Assembly (NCBI GenBank): GCA_965153455.1
Contig: OZ234493.1
Coordinates: forward strand, 7,058,213-7,122,212
DNA length: 64,000 bases
Direction: 5' to 3'
Origin: Sphagnum compactum
Lineage: Eukaryota
Both the position numbers and the translations under genes were made by a program. The notes beneath the pieces are model-generated. The model was not told the origin of the DNA. It worked only from the letters and a program-made list of their open reading frames with translations, and searched no databases. Positions 49,876 through 64,000 of the stretch are shown here, piece after piece (position 1 is the first letter of the stretch; each line of letters opens with the position of its first letter).

Positions 49876-52623
49876 TCAGGAAACTTTAATCACAGAAATG
49901 CATTCAAAGCCTTGTTCCAAGGTTACTTCATGCATCAAGCCAAGAGTTCTCGCTTCATTTTGCACCACAGACTTCTCCTCATCTGTTAACCATGCAGAAA
50001 ATACTAAACAGAACCTGCCCTCCACCTCCCGGACAAAAATGTCACCTTTCCAATACTCATGGTCCATGTCATGCACTGAGGTGCTCTCTGCAAACTCTTG
50101 TACAATAAGACGGAGGGCAGAGGACCAAATAGGCTGGGCAACTGTCAAGAACTGAAGCATGGCCAGTGCTGGTATTGACGTCCCTCCTATGTCAATTTCA
50201 TCAAGTGTACCCCTTCCATGGAAATCAGAGCCCCCTAGTTTCACGAGCTCATACGCAGTTGCCCACTCTGCAGAGACTGTTTTGAAGAGAAAAGTTGTCA
50301 GATACAATTTGAGTGATGTATTAAAGTAGATTTCCACGATACACACCTGCGTGTGCCAGAAATTTGGACCACAATGCCTATCTCATCCATGAAACTGTCG
50401 TATATGGAGCAAAATGAAGACAAAAAGTTACTGCCATGAACATGGAGACAATTGCTGAAAAAGAAAAACCCTGGAGATGTGGAGGGGGTTTGAAAGTGTA
50501 CCAGCATCTTTGCCATCACTTTTGTAGACCTCTATGGCATCAAGACCTGCATCCTTTAAACGTTCAATCAATGGAAATGGATGTTTCAAAGTCCATGGAT
50601 GCGCAAGCACAGCCATCCCTCCTGTCCGGTGAATTAAACGTACCACATCTGCTGCAGGCTGCTCTGCACCCCTGTATAACTGCTTTCTTTTTGTCAGAAT
50701 GGACTATTGAGTGAACAGGAAATAGGGCCTACAGTCACACACCCTGAAGAAGAGAATGGTTGCAGTGGGCATGATAATAAAGAGAAAGAGGGCTCACGCA
50801 ACATAGGCAGGGCCAGAATTATTGAGGTAGCGACTAAAGGCCTCCTCGACACTATTGACGTGACCTGCTGCTACCAAAGCTTGGGCCACATGTGGCCTAC
50901 ATGGTGCCACACCCTTTCCTGCTATCTCCAGAACATCGTCCCACTTTATCGGCTTGTTCAAACTTTCTAGCTTCTGCACCATGGCTTGTGCTCGAATATA
51001 CCGGCCTTCACGAATTTGAAGTAGAGTTGCCTCCATCTCTTTGCAGTGAGCAGGACCACAACAACTGTAGTATGCTAGGATATGCACAGGCTCCTCCTGC
51101 CCTCGCAACTGCTGAGAACTGCATACCATTCCGCATTACCACTTCATCAATTCCCAAGCTCTCTTGCAAGCCTGCATACACATACAACATTGGACAGAAC
51201 CCCATAAGGCAGAATATTGACACCATTGGGTTCAGGGTCATGAACAGTTAAGACTTAGGATTTGAGGTTCTCAACTGATGCAATCCCTCCAGGCAGTCAA
51301 ATCTTGAAACAGTGATTAACAAGCATCCAACCAAGCACAGGGGAGCTTGACATAAAAAAAGCAGCTTCAGATGCTAAAATTCTAGAGTTGAGGCCTTCCC
51401 ACATCTGCTGCTGCAAAGTTAAAGCCCAAAAGATGAACTGATAGATTAAAAACCGGAAATAAGGTGTGATCCATGTCCACCTTGATCCAAACTTGGCACT
51501 GATTTCAACACCTGGAATGAGTCTAATGCAATGTGCTTGTGCTGCTTTGAGAGCAAGTGGCACACCAGCCATAGTGTCATGATCTGTCAATGCAAGAACA
51601 TTCACCTGTTTCAAAAACAAGTGAGATTCTCATGTCACTGCTGAAACAATAAAGCAAGGCTCAAATCCATTGTTAACATCCCAGTTCAATGACAATCATT
51701 TGGGAATGCCTAAATTACATGTCCCTGCAAATTGCAATCAACAGTGGTGAGGAATTCAACAGCTGATACACCCAGGGATTCAGTAGCATTTTTTATGGTC
51801 TACTTCACCAGAAATTCAACCCCCACATCAGTCCATTTTGTGTAACAATTAGCGGAAACAGAAATTATGAGTCTTGTTGTTCCCATAATCTCAATCCCCA
51901 GACAGATACTGGTGGAATACTCCAATCCAAAACCGCCAAACCCTGATGAATAAACCCAAACATGTGGCCAAAATGCCAGTAATTGAGCAAACAAACCCAA
52001 ACCCTAATATAACGGCAGAAAGGAAATTTACCCCATTTCTATGAGCTCTGTTCACCACCTCTGCAGGCGACAAAAAGCCATCACCTGCCAGGGGATAATT
52101 CATCCAACAGTAGGGAGGCAAACAATGAAGGCACAAGTGCAACAACACATTGCAAAAAGCATTAAAAGCATTAAACCCTAAACCTCTGAAGGCAACAAAA
52201 AGCCATCGCCTGCCAGGGGATGATTCATCCAACACTAGAGAGGCAAACAATGGAGGCACAAGTGCAACAACAACACATTGCCAAAAATAAAATAAAAAAT
52301 TGCTTGATTATCATCGGTGCAGTTTCAAGGAGATTAAATTTTTTTTTTGACAAGAATCGAAATGAAAACAGAAGAGAAACAAAGTTCCCAAAGAAAAAAA
52401 AACAAAAAAAAAAAAGAGTTTGAAAGTAAGTACTGAGATTGCTGTGCGTGTGGAAGTCCGTGCGAGGCGGGGTTGGGTCTGGATGCCGAGACTTGTTGGC
52501 CCATGACGAGAGGTGAAGGATAGCAGCAGATAGGCGTGCAGCATCATTGCCTCGAGTCTTTGCCTTCTTCTTGCTCTTTTGCTTGCTACTCTTACTATGG
52601 CTTCCTTTCCCTCCTCCTGCCAT
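49876..52623 (-). CDS. PHP-domain phosphoesterase (TrpH/YciV-like 3',5'-nucleoside bisphosphate phosphatase family), 6 exons, ~419 aa
   Basis: Exons 52623-52434, 52084-52032, 51605-51481, 51118-50798, 50671-50502 and 50276-49876 (1260 nt, phases consistent). Motifs DFHTHSNLSDGFLSP, LALTDHDT, IPGVEIS, VHILAY, RPHVAQAL, AVLAHP and GGSDFHG. Confidence 0.94.
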
Positions 52624-52646
52624 CGCTCCAGAGCTTGCGAAAAACA

Positions 52647-52749
52647 AAACCCTAAACCCTAAAAAGCGTGCCAAAACAAAACCCCTGAAAACCCTAAACC
52701 CTAAGCCTCCCTCCCGAGCTCGCAAAAAAACCTAAATCCTAAACCCTAA
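52647..52749 (+). promoter_or_regulatory. cluster of telo-boxes (AAACCCT repeats) in the PHP gene leader/promoter
   Basis: aaaccctaaaccctaaa at ~52647 and ~52689; aaaccctaa at 52741. Confidence 0.6.
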
Positions 52750-55700
52750 GAACCCTTGAAAATCTAGCAACTTTCGGCCATTTTTTTCCAGCAAAAAAAT
52801 GCACTGGCCTTTTTTATGTTGCTAAGATGTGTATTATTTATTTTATTTTATTTTATGAAAAAAAAATTCACCATAAATTTATTTAAGAAGCACATGTGGC
52901 CATATAGATCATTAGTTTATTTGACAATGGTAAAAATGGAAAAATAAAAATGGGAAAAAATTATATTCATAAAATTATTATTTTTGCATTCAACATACAA
53001 AATTAAATTTTAATATTTCAATTTCATTAATGAGGCTTATTATTTCGTAAATGTCTTCATTTACCAATTACATGCGTTAAATTTTCATGAAAAAACATTT
53101 TTATATTGAAAATTATGTTTGATCCTATAATACTCAAAAATCTAACATTGTAATAAATATTTGGTTACATTAAACATTTAATATCAAAAGATTACATTTT
53201 TTTTGTTACAAATATAAATGTAATGCCTTTGGCCCCAAGGGTAAGGTTATTTTATGTTGCCATATAGTTCAAGTAATTCATCATGATTTGTCCCATATTT
53301 CAAAATTAATTTTCTTTTTTATGTCCATGTAGGTGAACATGGGAAGGGAGCTAGCTAGGTATTTACACTTGAAAAAAAGGTAGATTATTAAATTAATTTA
53401 ATATATAAAACATGGACATGAAAGGTACATGTTAATTTGTCTTTTCATATTCATGTAGGTGAGAAGAACAAATGAGTGAGGTAGAGAAGCTTGGAAAAAG
53501 TAGGTTTGGAAAACATTAATCAACATATATGTACATCATTTTTTATAAAAAAAAGGCTTGGAAATGAAGTTACTATTTAACAAAACATAAATCCCACAAA
53601 AAAATGAAAGAAGTTCATTCGATATCTAAACTAGTATTCATAAATGATTCTTGCTCACATGGATGATTATGTTTCTACCATGGCAGATGTCCATGTTATA
53701 TTTGCTTGATATGTGAGAAGTTAAGATTTTGTCAAGATTTTGTTTTGATCATTTGTTGTGAAAATGTAATGCAAGTTTCAATTTTTCTACACATTGCCTT
53801 TAGTTCTTGATTCAACACTTTTAATTATACGTTTTGAAATATATTTGCTTACAATATTGCAAGGTTTATTACCCTTGCCATTTGTTTCACTCTATTGTTT
53901 GTAGAAATATTCTTAAACAAACTTACAATTTGAATGGATTATAAATATTTCATGCGATTTTATAATCTTGACAACATTGAAGAAAATTTGAACTAAGAAA
54001 AGCCTTGTCACCCATGGTTAACCATTAGGGTTATTTCAAATTGCAAAAAATTGATAAAGTCTTTATCAAAATCAAAACACATTGATTTGCTGTGATTTGC
54101 TCACATTATGCATCATAATTCCCTTTTATGTATAGCTACCGAAAAGTTAAGATTCATATGATTTTGTCATATGAATATGTTTTGTTCACTTATACTCAAG
54201 AAACTTACATTGTAACCATTCAAATTGACAAGTTAAAATTAATGTTGTTTAAAAAAACACATGTTCATCATGGATTGATGTCACACACATGTTTGACATT
54301 TTTCTTTTATAGCAACATAAGTGACCATCATTAAGATAACAATGTGTAACTAAATTCTTTAACAACCAAATTGGGTTTTTTGATTGAATCCTAAGAAGTA
54401 TGGTCAATTCAAATGTATATCTTAGACACAATTTTAAACAAGATTTAATATTAAGAAATATTTGAATTGAATATCCATTGTCATCCTTATAGCCACTTTT
54501 TCAAAATAGAATGCATTTGCTTTTAAATTGGTAGTGGGGATATATATTCCATTCTATCATGAATGCAAATGAAGAATCCCTAATGTTTCAAATGTGACAT
54601 TTTCTTGTTTCATTATTGACAATGGCAAGGTCAAGAAGGAAGAATGAAGTTTCAAAAAGAATTTGTCTTGCCCATTATACAAAGTGGATACATGAAGACA
54701 CCTAAGTTATAGGTTATCCCTGAAATTTTCAAAAGAAGGATGAAAATTGTGAAGAGATGAAAGAAACATTCTATATTAAAGCACACACATTGATGATACA
54801 TGATAGTGATTCAAATTTCTTTGCAAAGAAAATCGAATAATCAATGTAGTTGATTGAATTGGGTCTAAAGTAATGGTAGTATTATTATGCACTTTATTTG
54901 CTAGAAAATTGGAATCTTGCCAAATCAACATGGCAAGGAATGCACGTGAAGATTTATCTACCTATAAGAAAAAATGAAAGAACTTAACATGAATGACAAA
55001 AAAGAATTTGGAAACACAACTCCATGTTTTTTTCACACATTATGGCTCATATTTGAGGTGCATTTGTTGACTATGGATAAATTAGGGTTAGGATGATTTA
55101 CTTTGGCTTTCGAATAGATTGATGACTTGTTGAAGGCAAAATTGTCAATACAAATAACATGTCAAGATGACATTAGGTTATTGTTGGAATCCAATAATTT
55201 ATAACACCTTGAGTAACCATTTTGCTTGAAAACTTAGTGAATACTTGATAAGCATAGATGTTTTGGTCTAATGGCTTTGGTATTGTACCAAATACTATTG
55301 GTTCCCATTATACTAGCATGCTACTTGATGCTCAGATATGGGACACATTGTGATCCTTTAAACATCTTACAAAATGGGGAGTTCACATCCTTGGGTGTCC
55401 ATTTTGACCTTTATCATTCATTAGACATGATTGCCAATTGTATCAATACTTTAGTATCATATTGGATTTGTGTGCATGGGGGTGTCCAAGTTTTGGATCC
55501 CATAATTTACAACCCACCTTCAAACTCCAACATTATTTTCATTGTGCATATGAATTTCTATAGGGGTCCAGGTCACCTAATTAACATGCCTATGTATATG
55601 CCATGCAAAGGAGCAATGTATACCATTCTAATGAACATTGCAAACAACCTAGATGGAGGTCTTAGTAAAAAAACAAATCATGTTAGTTTTATTTGATATC

Positions 55701-58700
55701 TATGGAAAAGAATTGAGCCTAAAATTGAACCTTTCACTATTGACAAGATTCATATCTTTCGTCAAAACATTAGTTGGCAACTAGTGTCATGTAAATTAAA
55801 GGGCATTGGCGATGCAATAATCCTTTATTTGTCCTCTCTTGTGTTGGGGTCCTACGGTTTACTCATAGCAAACATGCAAGTTAACCTTGACACTTTGGTT
55901 GACAATGGAAGCTTTGGAAATGTGAATTGGAGTGTTGTGGTTAGTAATGTGAATTACACAACATCATTATGTGCTCCTTCTACAACTATAACTAAATGGA
56001 ATTTGGAAAATGGGTGCGTTCAAATTTATGCCACAAACCTTGGATGGTTTCAAGCTTCCATTGACAATTCAAATTCAACAAATGCCAACATTAGTACAGA
56101 TGTTCAAATTAGTGGCAATGCATTTAAATACATTCTCCTATTCGACATAACAACAAATCCAACATTACCTTATTCTCTTGTCGGTGTTGTTGTTGTGCCA
56201 TTGGAAGGGCAACTTATAAGATTGATCTCCACATTGTATAGTAAACAAAAGTTGATGTTTCATATCAAATTTCATATCTTTTTCATACTTGACCTATTTT
56301 ATCATGTGTGCATAACCCAAAATGTCTAAATGAATAAAATATAACATGCCACTTAAAAATAACAATTCATTTAAACGATGTTGATAAACTTATATCTCTA
56401 AAAAGGTTACATGGTAATTGCAAGTAGTATCATTGTGAATCATGATGGCTCAATGGCACTTATTTGGTGATTGTGAATAATCCATTGAACAAGTTTTACT
56501 TCACTGATTAATTCAATTACACCCATGCAACTTGCATGAAAATTCAAAAGTGATGATTAATGTTATCTATAATAACCCATACTGATATCATCCCTTCTTT
56601 GAATTGCTTTAAAAAAGTTTCAACATGGATCTATTCTTGTAGCCAATAGTAAAATCATAATCACATTGGGCATCCATAAAAAATTTCACATTTTCCTTTG
56701 GTTGTTGCAAAATGATTAAATAAAGAATATATTAATATAAAAAAGATAACAATCCAAAGCATTGTGACATGTATATGTAACATAATATAAGATATTTATC
56801 TAATACCAATATAATAAACTTGCACTAGTTACCAAATACACATTGTACAAATCACATTTACGACCCAAGATTTTCATAAAATCCAAGTTTTGGTGAAAAC
56901 ACCTTGAAATCACATTTTATTGTTCAAGAAGAGTTTTTAAAAAAAATTGTGTTAAATATAATATTATTGCTAAAATGTGATTAGGGTAAAAACATGGTTA
57001 GGTGATTCACTTTTGAAAATTTGAAGAATTCACATCTTACACTAGCTCAAATTCCTACAATTATAATAATTATCAAACTATAAACCTTATAATTATCCCT
57101 TATGATTTTGGTCAAAATATTGGTAGGCCATCCTATAAATATCATTAGACATGCGATTGGTCCAAAAATCCATGTGAACTTGCTTGGATATTTCAATGTG
57201 AAATGGATTATTCATGATAAAAAATGACAAAAATCATGGCAAATTTTTAAAAAATTGTATTGGTAAAATTTCAATACATTTTACATTGAATTTTTCATTT
57301 AATGGTGGATTTGTTTTTGGACATTACTATGATGTATTTTTTGAATTGACATTTTTACTCATATATGCATGACAAATTATTACAATGTATGATCATTTAA
57401 AAAGTCCACTATATTGAATCCAATTTTTTTTCAGAATTCATCCATTATTTAAAATATGATTCCATTAAAATCTATTATAACATGGATAATTTTAAAATTG
57501 ACAATGTTAATGTTGAACACGGTTCTACATTTTATATTCACTTATAATCCAAAAAACTATGATTGTGATAGTCCAAATAATCCACTGTGTTTTCACCCAT
57601 TGTTTATATCATTGATGTGAATCTTTTGTACCTACTTCAACCTTACACATATATAGTGGATCTTTAATATACCACAAATATAACCATCTTATAAGAAATG
57701 AATTTAAATGTTTGTGGTTTGATATTATGGTGTTTAATTCATGTTCTTTGCAATTTATAATGAAACCATAAATTAAATAGTGTAAATAGTTAATGTTAAG
57801 GAATAAAAACACTAAAAACATATTGTAGGAAGATAGTGCAAATCCTACTACTTTTCAATAAAAAAAACTCAAAATGTCATGATCATTTTAACATTTCTAA
57901 ACAAAAGTTCATGGTATATATTTGGTCAATGGCAATTATTGGTCCAAATGTTATGGTGTAAATGGTCTTTCATTGTTTAAAACATTTTTTCTGATGTTTC
58001 TGGGTGGGGACATTGAACATTAAACACAATTTTATTTTAATGTAAAGGGGTAGTTTATCAACGTGGGGTGGCAATGTTGTAAAATCCAACATCATACTTT
58101 ATATATATGTAGAAAGGACTTCATATCTACCTATAATACACCCTAGCTACATCCCCTTACAAATCTACTTAGATGTTGCCAACCTCTTTCTCCTTTGGAA
58201 TGCCTAAGTATTTTACATAGAAGGAAACTAGTTTTATTAACCAACCAAATTGCAAATGACAAGAATTTTGAACTTCTTTATAATTGTAATTTTTTTGTTT
58301 CCTGAAATTTCCATGTTAGCTAGCCACATTAACCAACAAAGTACAAAGGCTAAATACAATGGTAGGTGGGTGAAAGCACAATAAAGTATGCTACTCAAGG
58401 TTACTTTCCAAGTTTTGAAAAGTACATAAAAAATATTTTTGGATATTTTTGTTGAAGAAGATGAAAATGGAAATTAAACAATTTCTTTAACTTGAGGACT
58501 CTAAGAAATATTAAACAAGGGGAAGAGGGTAAGAACTTGCCCAAAAACTAGTTAAATTTTCCTTTTATTATGCCTCAAACCTAAACATAAAAAATGCAAG
58601 TTGTTGAAATGATGGGACAACCTAGATGCATATAATGACCCTTGTTGTGAATGTATCATATGTTCACTCTTCCCCTAGTGCTTAAGTTTCATTTTTCTTT

Positions 58701-60306
58701 TCTATATTTGCAAAATGTTATTTGAATAAAGTTCATTCACCAAGTTTTTTTTGTTAGTCCTTACATTGTTTTTTCTCACACTCATATTATTTAAGTGTTT
58801 GGCCTCCATGCAAGTGATCGTAAGTAATGAGAAGAGGATGCATCAAGCTTTGTCACATTTGACAAATGCAAATCATTATTATAGATGTGCCACATTCAAT
58901 TGCTCTCCTTTTAATTTTATTTTTTTCGCTCCTTAAGCATGGGGTAATTTCTTTAGTTATGTACTTAATTGCCCTTTCATTTTCATGAGGTTATAACATT
59001 GACATAGGAGGGAAACTAAATAGTTATGCTACAAAAAAATTCATTTCATATGCTAATAAGATTTTCAACACAAAGATTGAATAACAAAAATGAATTACTT
59101 GACATTGTTAGAGCATCTCTAGAGGTGTTCAACATGCAACCTTGCAAAAAACAATTCACATCCAAGTTTTGATATATATTTTTTGAATCCCACCCATAAA
59201 CAAAAGTTGAAATCACAAATAGGTGGGAGACAACTGATAGCAACCTACTTGGACCAATCAAGCTATCTAGTTGATTTAAAAATAGGGACAAATCAATAAA
59301 TATGATTTGATTGTATTTATTAGAAATTTTTAGGGCTTTCCCATGCCCTTAAAATATGTGCATTTTCCCAAAGCATAGTAGTCTTTTAGTGTGCCCACTA
59401 GATATATGATTGTTACACTTCATCCAAAATTTCAACGCATACCCACATATTAACATTAGTGGAATTGTTCTTACATCGTAATGATAATACACAAATGGTG
59501 GCAATGGGAAATGATTGTGGACACTATGGGATTGATTTTTACTATGATTCTCTCATTTAAAAATGGGATTTATTCATTAGACATTGTGCACGTATAGGTG
59601 GGAGCATTGTTTTTTTATGTCAAACCATGGAGTTGGTCCACCTCACAAGTACTAGTAAAATGTAATGGGTGTTCTTATTCAATATTGGAATATAATTTCA
59701 TTTTTTTTGACACCAAGGAAGCAATGCCAGGCATAAAGAAGTCCAATGGGAATCCTCAAACACTATTACGAATAAAAATATGTATTGTGGTTAATTGTTT
59801 ATGTGTGTTGACATTGGGTTGAAATCTAACATTGTTGAAATCTTTTCATAATTGCTAATGTTCATTATATGTGCATTGTTTGAAGGTTCTAGAATGACAT
59901 AAGCAAGGAGGTGCTATTGGACAAATGATAGGAATAGCGACAATTTATGACTCTTGCATGTTGATATTGTAAGAGTCAATAGGGTCCATCGTGTCCCAAT
60001 TGATGATGGTCCAACTATTTGGTAGCTTTCAAAAAAGGTCTTAAATATTTGTTTATGGTACATGAAGTAGATTATCCACCCCATGAACATTGATATCTTC
60101 AAAATGTACCAAGTACTACCACATTATGGACCATAATTATGTATTATTATTGGACAAGAAGTTAAGCAACATTAGTAGTGGCAAATTGATGTGTTTGATG
60201 AGTCCAAATTCATAATATATAATATAATTAATAACAATAACTCTCAATTTTTTTTTTGTGAATAATTGTAAAAAATACATACGTCATTATAATTTACTTC
60301 ACATTA

Positions 60307-61982
60307 CACTATGAAAAAAAAGGTGTTTTGCAACTTGACAACTCCATTATAACTACACCCATGATGTCATGTTGACATCATTAATTGTCATCCATCTATT
60401 AAAATATGACACGTGGCACTGTGAAATTTTTTGGACAAATTATTTTCTTTTCAAAATATTGATCTCCATCATTCACTATGATTGTTAATGATGGTCCGAG
60501 ATTATGACACATGCCACATGGCATATTAATTTTATTTTGGAAATTAGAAAAAATGTTTTAGTAGTTAAGTAGGTCGTACATAACCATAGGTAAGTAGGTT
60601 AGTAGGTCTTAAGAGTTACATACCTATGTATTTACTTAGGACCTATTTATCTACCTACATAGGTAGGTAAAAAAATAGGACCTACTTATTTACCTAGGTA
60701 GGTAAGTAGGTAAAAAACACAAGACTAAATGAATGAAAGAATAGCAATGAAATTTAATGTTTAATTTTATGTTTTGCCTTTAAGTTAAGTTTTTTTGAGC
60801 TCATCCCAAATGTCAATTGTATTTTAATGTGAAAATAAGAACAAGACTTCTTTATATAGTTTGTAACATGGGATTCAAGAACAAAACATATGGGTTAAAT
60901 CTTTTAGTTGTGCCTTAGTTGCAAATTGACTTGCAATTGAGTTGCAACTATAACATTTAAACACGCAGGTACGCCAAATCCAAGGGGAGGGCTCCATTGT
61001 TTCTGGTGTCCAAAAAAAACTTGAACCCCTTTTATTGGTGCATTAAAAATAATTGAAAACAAAGTAAAATTAAGAAAATTATGGCCCCCCAAAGTAAAGG
61101 GTGTCAAAAATTCAAAAAAATAAACCACCCAATGCTACAAAGGCCAGTTCTCAAACACCCAAAAAATTCCTTGTATGTTGTTTTGTTGCTATTAAAGTTC
61201 AAAGATAATTTGTAAAACTTTAGGTGGCATTTTTATAACACTTTAAATCGTTTAAAATGAGTAAGAAATAAAAATGTTATGAGGTTTGAAAGTAGGAGGG
61301 GTCCAAAGAGAAAAAAAAGAAGGAAACAAAAGTGTTTTGTAAGTTGGAAAGCTTATTCCTCTTCTTGTTATTTTTTCATTACTCCTTTTCCTTTGCAGTT
61401 CAAAGATGATTTCTAGAGCTTGAAGTAGCACTCCTATAACATGTTAAATCATTTAAATTGAAACACATATGATGAAATATAAATAATTGATGAATATGTA
61501 TCCTTATTAAATTATAAGTAGTTGTATTATAGTTATAACATAGTTGAACATTAGTATTTTAGTAGTGGCACATTAATGGTTGTACTAGTTGTATCAATGG
61601 GAATCATAATCGAAAACTAGTTGCAAATGTATCCCATAATGGGTGGTGGAAATGTGGACATGTGACATGATCGCATGTATGTACATCAAGTATACTAATT
61701 GCAACATAGTTGTTGTTTTAGTGGCACATTTTCAATAGTTCTAAAGTAGTTGCCGCATGTAACTACAATGCAACTCCTGAAAAAGTCAAACATGATTGAC
61801 TACATATGTACGTACGATGTGCATAAATTAATGTATCGAAGACCCATTTTCAACTCACTTGCAACTATAATACAATTAACTGATTTTTTGATGTGGCAAT
61901 TAATTTATTAATACATCATATTTTTAAGGGGATAGTTGCATAATAGTTGTATATGATTTTGTTTGGAATTTTAGTTGTAGGG
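60307..61982. mobile_element. non-autonomous CACTA-like element; right end uncertain
   Basis: Starts CACTATGAAAAAAAAGG; interior has many gttgcaact/agttg subterminal motifs. Degenerate right end ttttagttgtaggg at ~61982; alternative end ttttattgtagtg at ~62809. Confidence 0.55.
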
Positions 61983-64000
61983 TAATGTGGTTTCAACCAA
62001 CAAAATTTCTCATAATGACATTTACATCTAGAAAACCTAATTGAAAATGAAGTTGTATAGAATGTGTTTTCCTTTTTTTGTAATTTGATATTCTCTTTCC
62101 AACCTCCTTCTCATTGGGAATTAGTAGACTATTTTTGGTTTTCCAACCTCTATTTACTTTGGAATGAATGAATAATTTTCACCCTCCAACCACATTCTCC
62201 CAACATGGAATGAGTGGACATCGCCCCTCCAACATGATTATTTGTTAATTGGATGGAAAATTTTATTTGTTTATTCTTTTAAGATCACCATTTTTTTTTG
62301 GAATTCATAAAATTTGATTTTCTTTTCCCATTTCAACTTTCTCTTTTAAAATGGGTGGACCTACCTTTGCATAAATCATCTTCATGAAGAATTAAGAACA
62401 CATGTTCATTGTTAATTCATGTATGCACCTCAAGTGATCTCATCTTTTAATGTCATTTCACTTTGAAATATTTCTTGACCATCATGTATTCATGATAACA
62501 ATTGACGTTTTAATTCCCAACTATTTTATTATGATGGAAAAGTCCAAAATGTTTTGACCTATTTCCTTCCCTATCCTTTCACAATAACAATATTTATTAA
62601 ATGAGTATAATCAAATTCATTCCTCCTAATAAAAATCTAGGTGAATACATGATTGGCCTTATAACTAATTATACCACATCATCATCATTTCCAACTTCAT
62701 GGGCTAAATGGCAAAGGTTTAACAACTCATGAGTTGCCAATCCACATGTATTTCACAATTCAATGTGTAGTCAAAATGATAGTTATAAAACCCAAATTTT
62801 ATTGTAGTGCTATTAAAGTTTTTGTTTCATTTGTCAATAAAATCTTTTAGAAGGATTCATATTTTAATTAAGGACAATTTCTTTCTTCTACAACTAAAAT
62901 ACTAAAAATAAATCACAATTATTGGTTCAGGATTTCCATGCATTTAGCCACAAAATTGTTATTTACTAATTGGGAAGCCATGACTTTCACAAGTGTGGGA
63001 TGGTGAAGAAACATTTCAAAATTGTGAAAATAAAATGGCACGGTCAAATTAAATCAATTTAGGTATGCATGAATTAAATTGAGCATTATTTAACTCCTCA
63101 TGAACCTTGGTAAAACAAGTCACCAAATGCACATGGTGCCCAAAAAGTATAGTTTAGGATGCCCTCATTAGTGTAAACATGTAATGGTATGCATGGCATT
63201 TTTATTTATCCATCTATTTTAGGGTTGGTTTGGGGGTTGGACTTTCCAAATGTTTAAGGTGAAACTTGTGTTCACACCATTTAATTTGAATTATGTTGCC
63301 ATTCAAGTTAACATTAATCTTGTTGATGTTTCTATGTGTTCCCAAATGGATATAAGGTAAGGAGTTTGATTTGTAAGCTTTGGAAAGGGGGGAAAATGTT
63401 CATCCACTCCAAGAGAAGGCATGATTGTAAGGAGAAAGGTAGGTTTGACATAGGCCTTTGGAGGAAAGGAAAAAGTAGCCTCATCTGCCAAAGGAGACAA
63501 AGTTTGGGAACAAAATTTTAAAAAATAATTCTAGCTAACATAAACCCATTGCAAAGGAGAAAAAGGTTGGCAAGCAAACACTTAGGTTTGTAAGGGGGAA
63601 GGGAGGTCTTTAGGTAGGTACAAAATCTTCACACAAATAGACAAGTTCTTAGTTTAAAAAACACATAAATGTATGGAATTTAAAATTAAAACAATTAATG
63701 ATATTATTGTGCAAAATATTATGGTTGTGCAAGTAAAACTTCTTTCCAAATTCTTACACCTTTATATAGAAAGTTATAGTGTGTTTGGGGTACATCGACT
63801 TTTCATTTTAATGGTTCTGATTATTCATACCATGAAAGTTGTTGCATTGGAACTCAAGAAATTCCTTCATGTTCCTTATTTGATGTTTTTTCTAGACCAT
63901 TAATTTATGCACCACATTGGACTTGAAACACTTCTAAAGATTTTGAAATTTCTTAAATGTTTAAAGGGGGTTTTCTTTGTATATTTTATGAAACATTTGA

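Noticed and set aside
52624..52725. N-terminal extension GLGFRVFRGF of the PHP protein
   Set aside because: Translation of telo-box repeats from a non-ATG start; the ATG at 52623 has good context.
56400..60300. Further TE or ORF relics
   Set aside because: Too degenerate to assign; short ORFs are consistent with chance.

Overview
Eukaryotic land-plant genomic DNA: GT-AG introns, TTTAGGG/AAACCCT telo-boxes and plant-specific genes. The gene set and repeat style suggest a bryophyte, possibly Sphagnum-like (inference, not verified). Four intact protein genes lie on the minus strand: RPL34; an uncharacterised conserved plant protein; an intronless multi-pass membrane protein similar to Arabidopsis candidate GPCR At1g57680; and a PHP-domain phosphoesterase. 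Between them is AT-rich, CpG-depleted transposon debris: a decayed Helitron/Helentron (Rep, PIF1 helicase, EEP endonuclease), three hAT transposase relics, a CRE-like RLE non-LTR retrotransposon, several MITEs (two with perfect 8-bp TSDs), a CACTA-like element, and tandem and inverted repeats. Best leads: the endonuclease-bearing rolling-circle element with a canonical hairpin+CTAG end and a repetitive accessory ORF; uORFs in the GPCR-like leader; possible splice/NMD regulation in all four genes; and an isolated CpG-rich palindromic island at ~30.8 kb. All family assignments come from motif recognition by eye; no searches were run.
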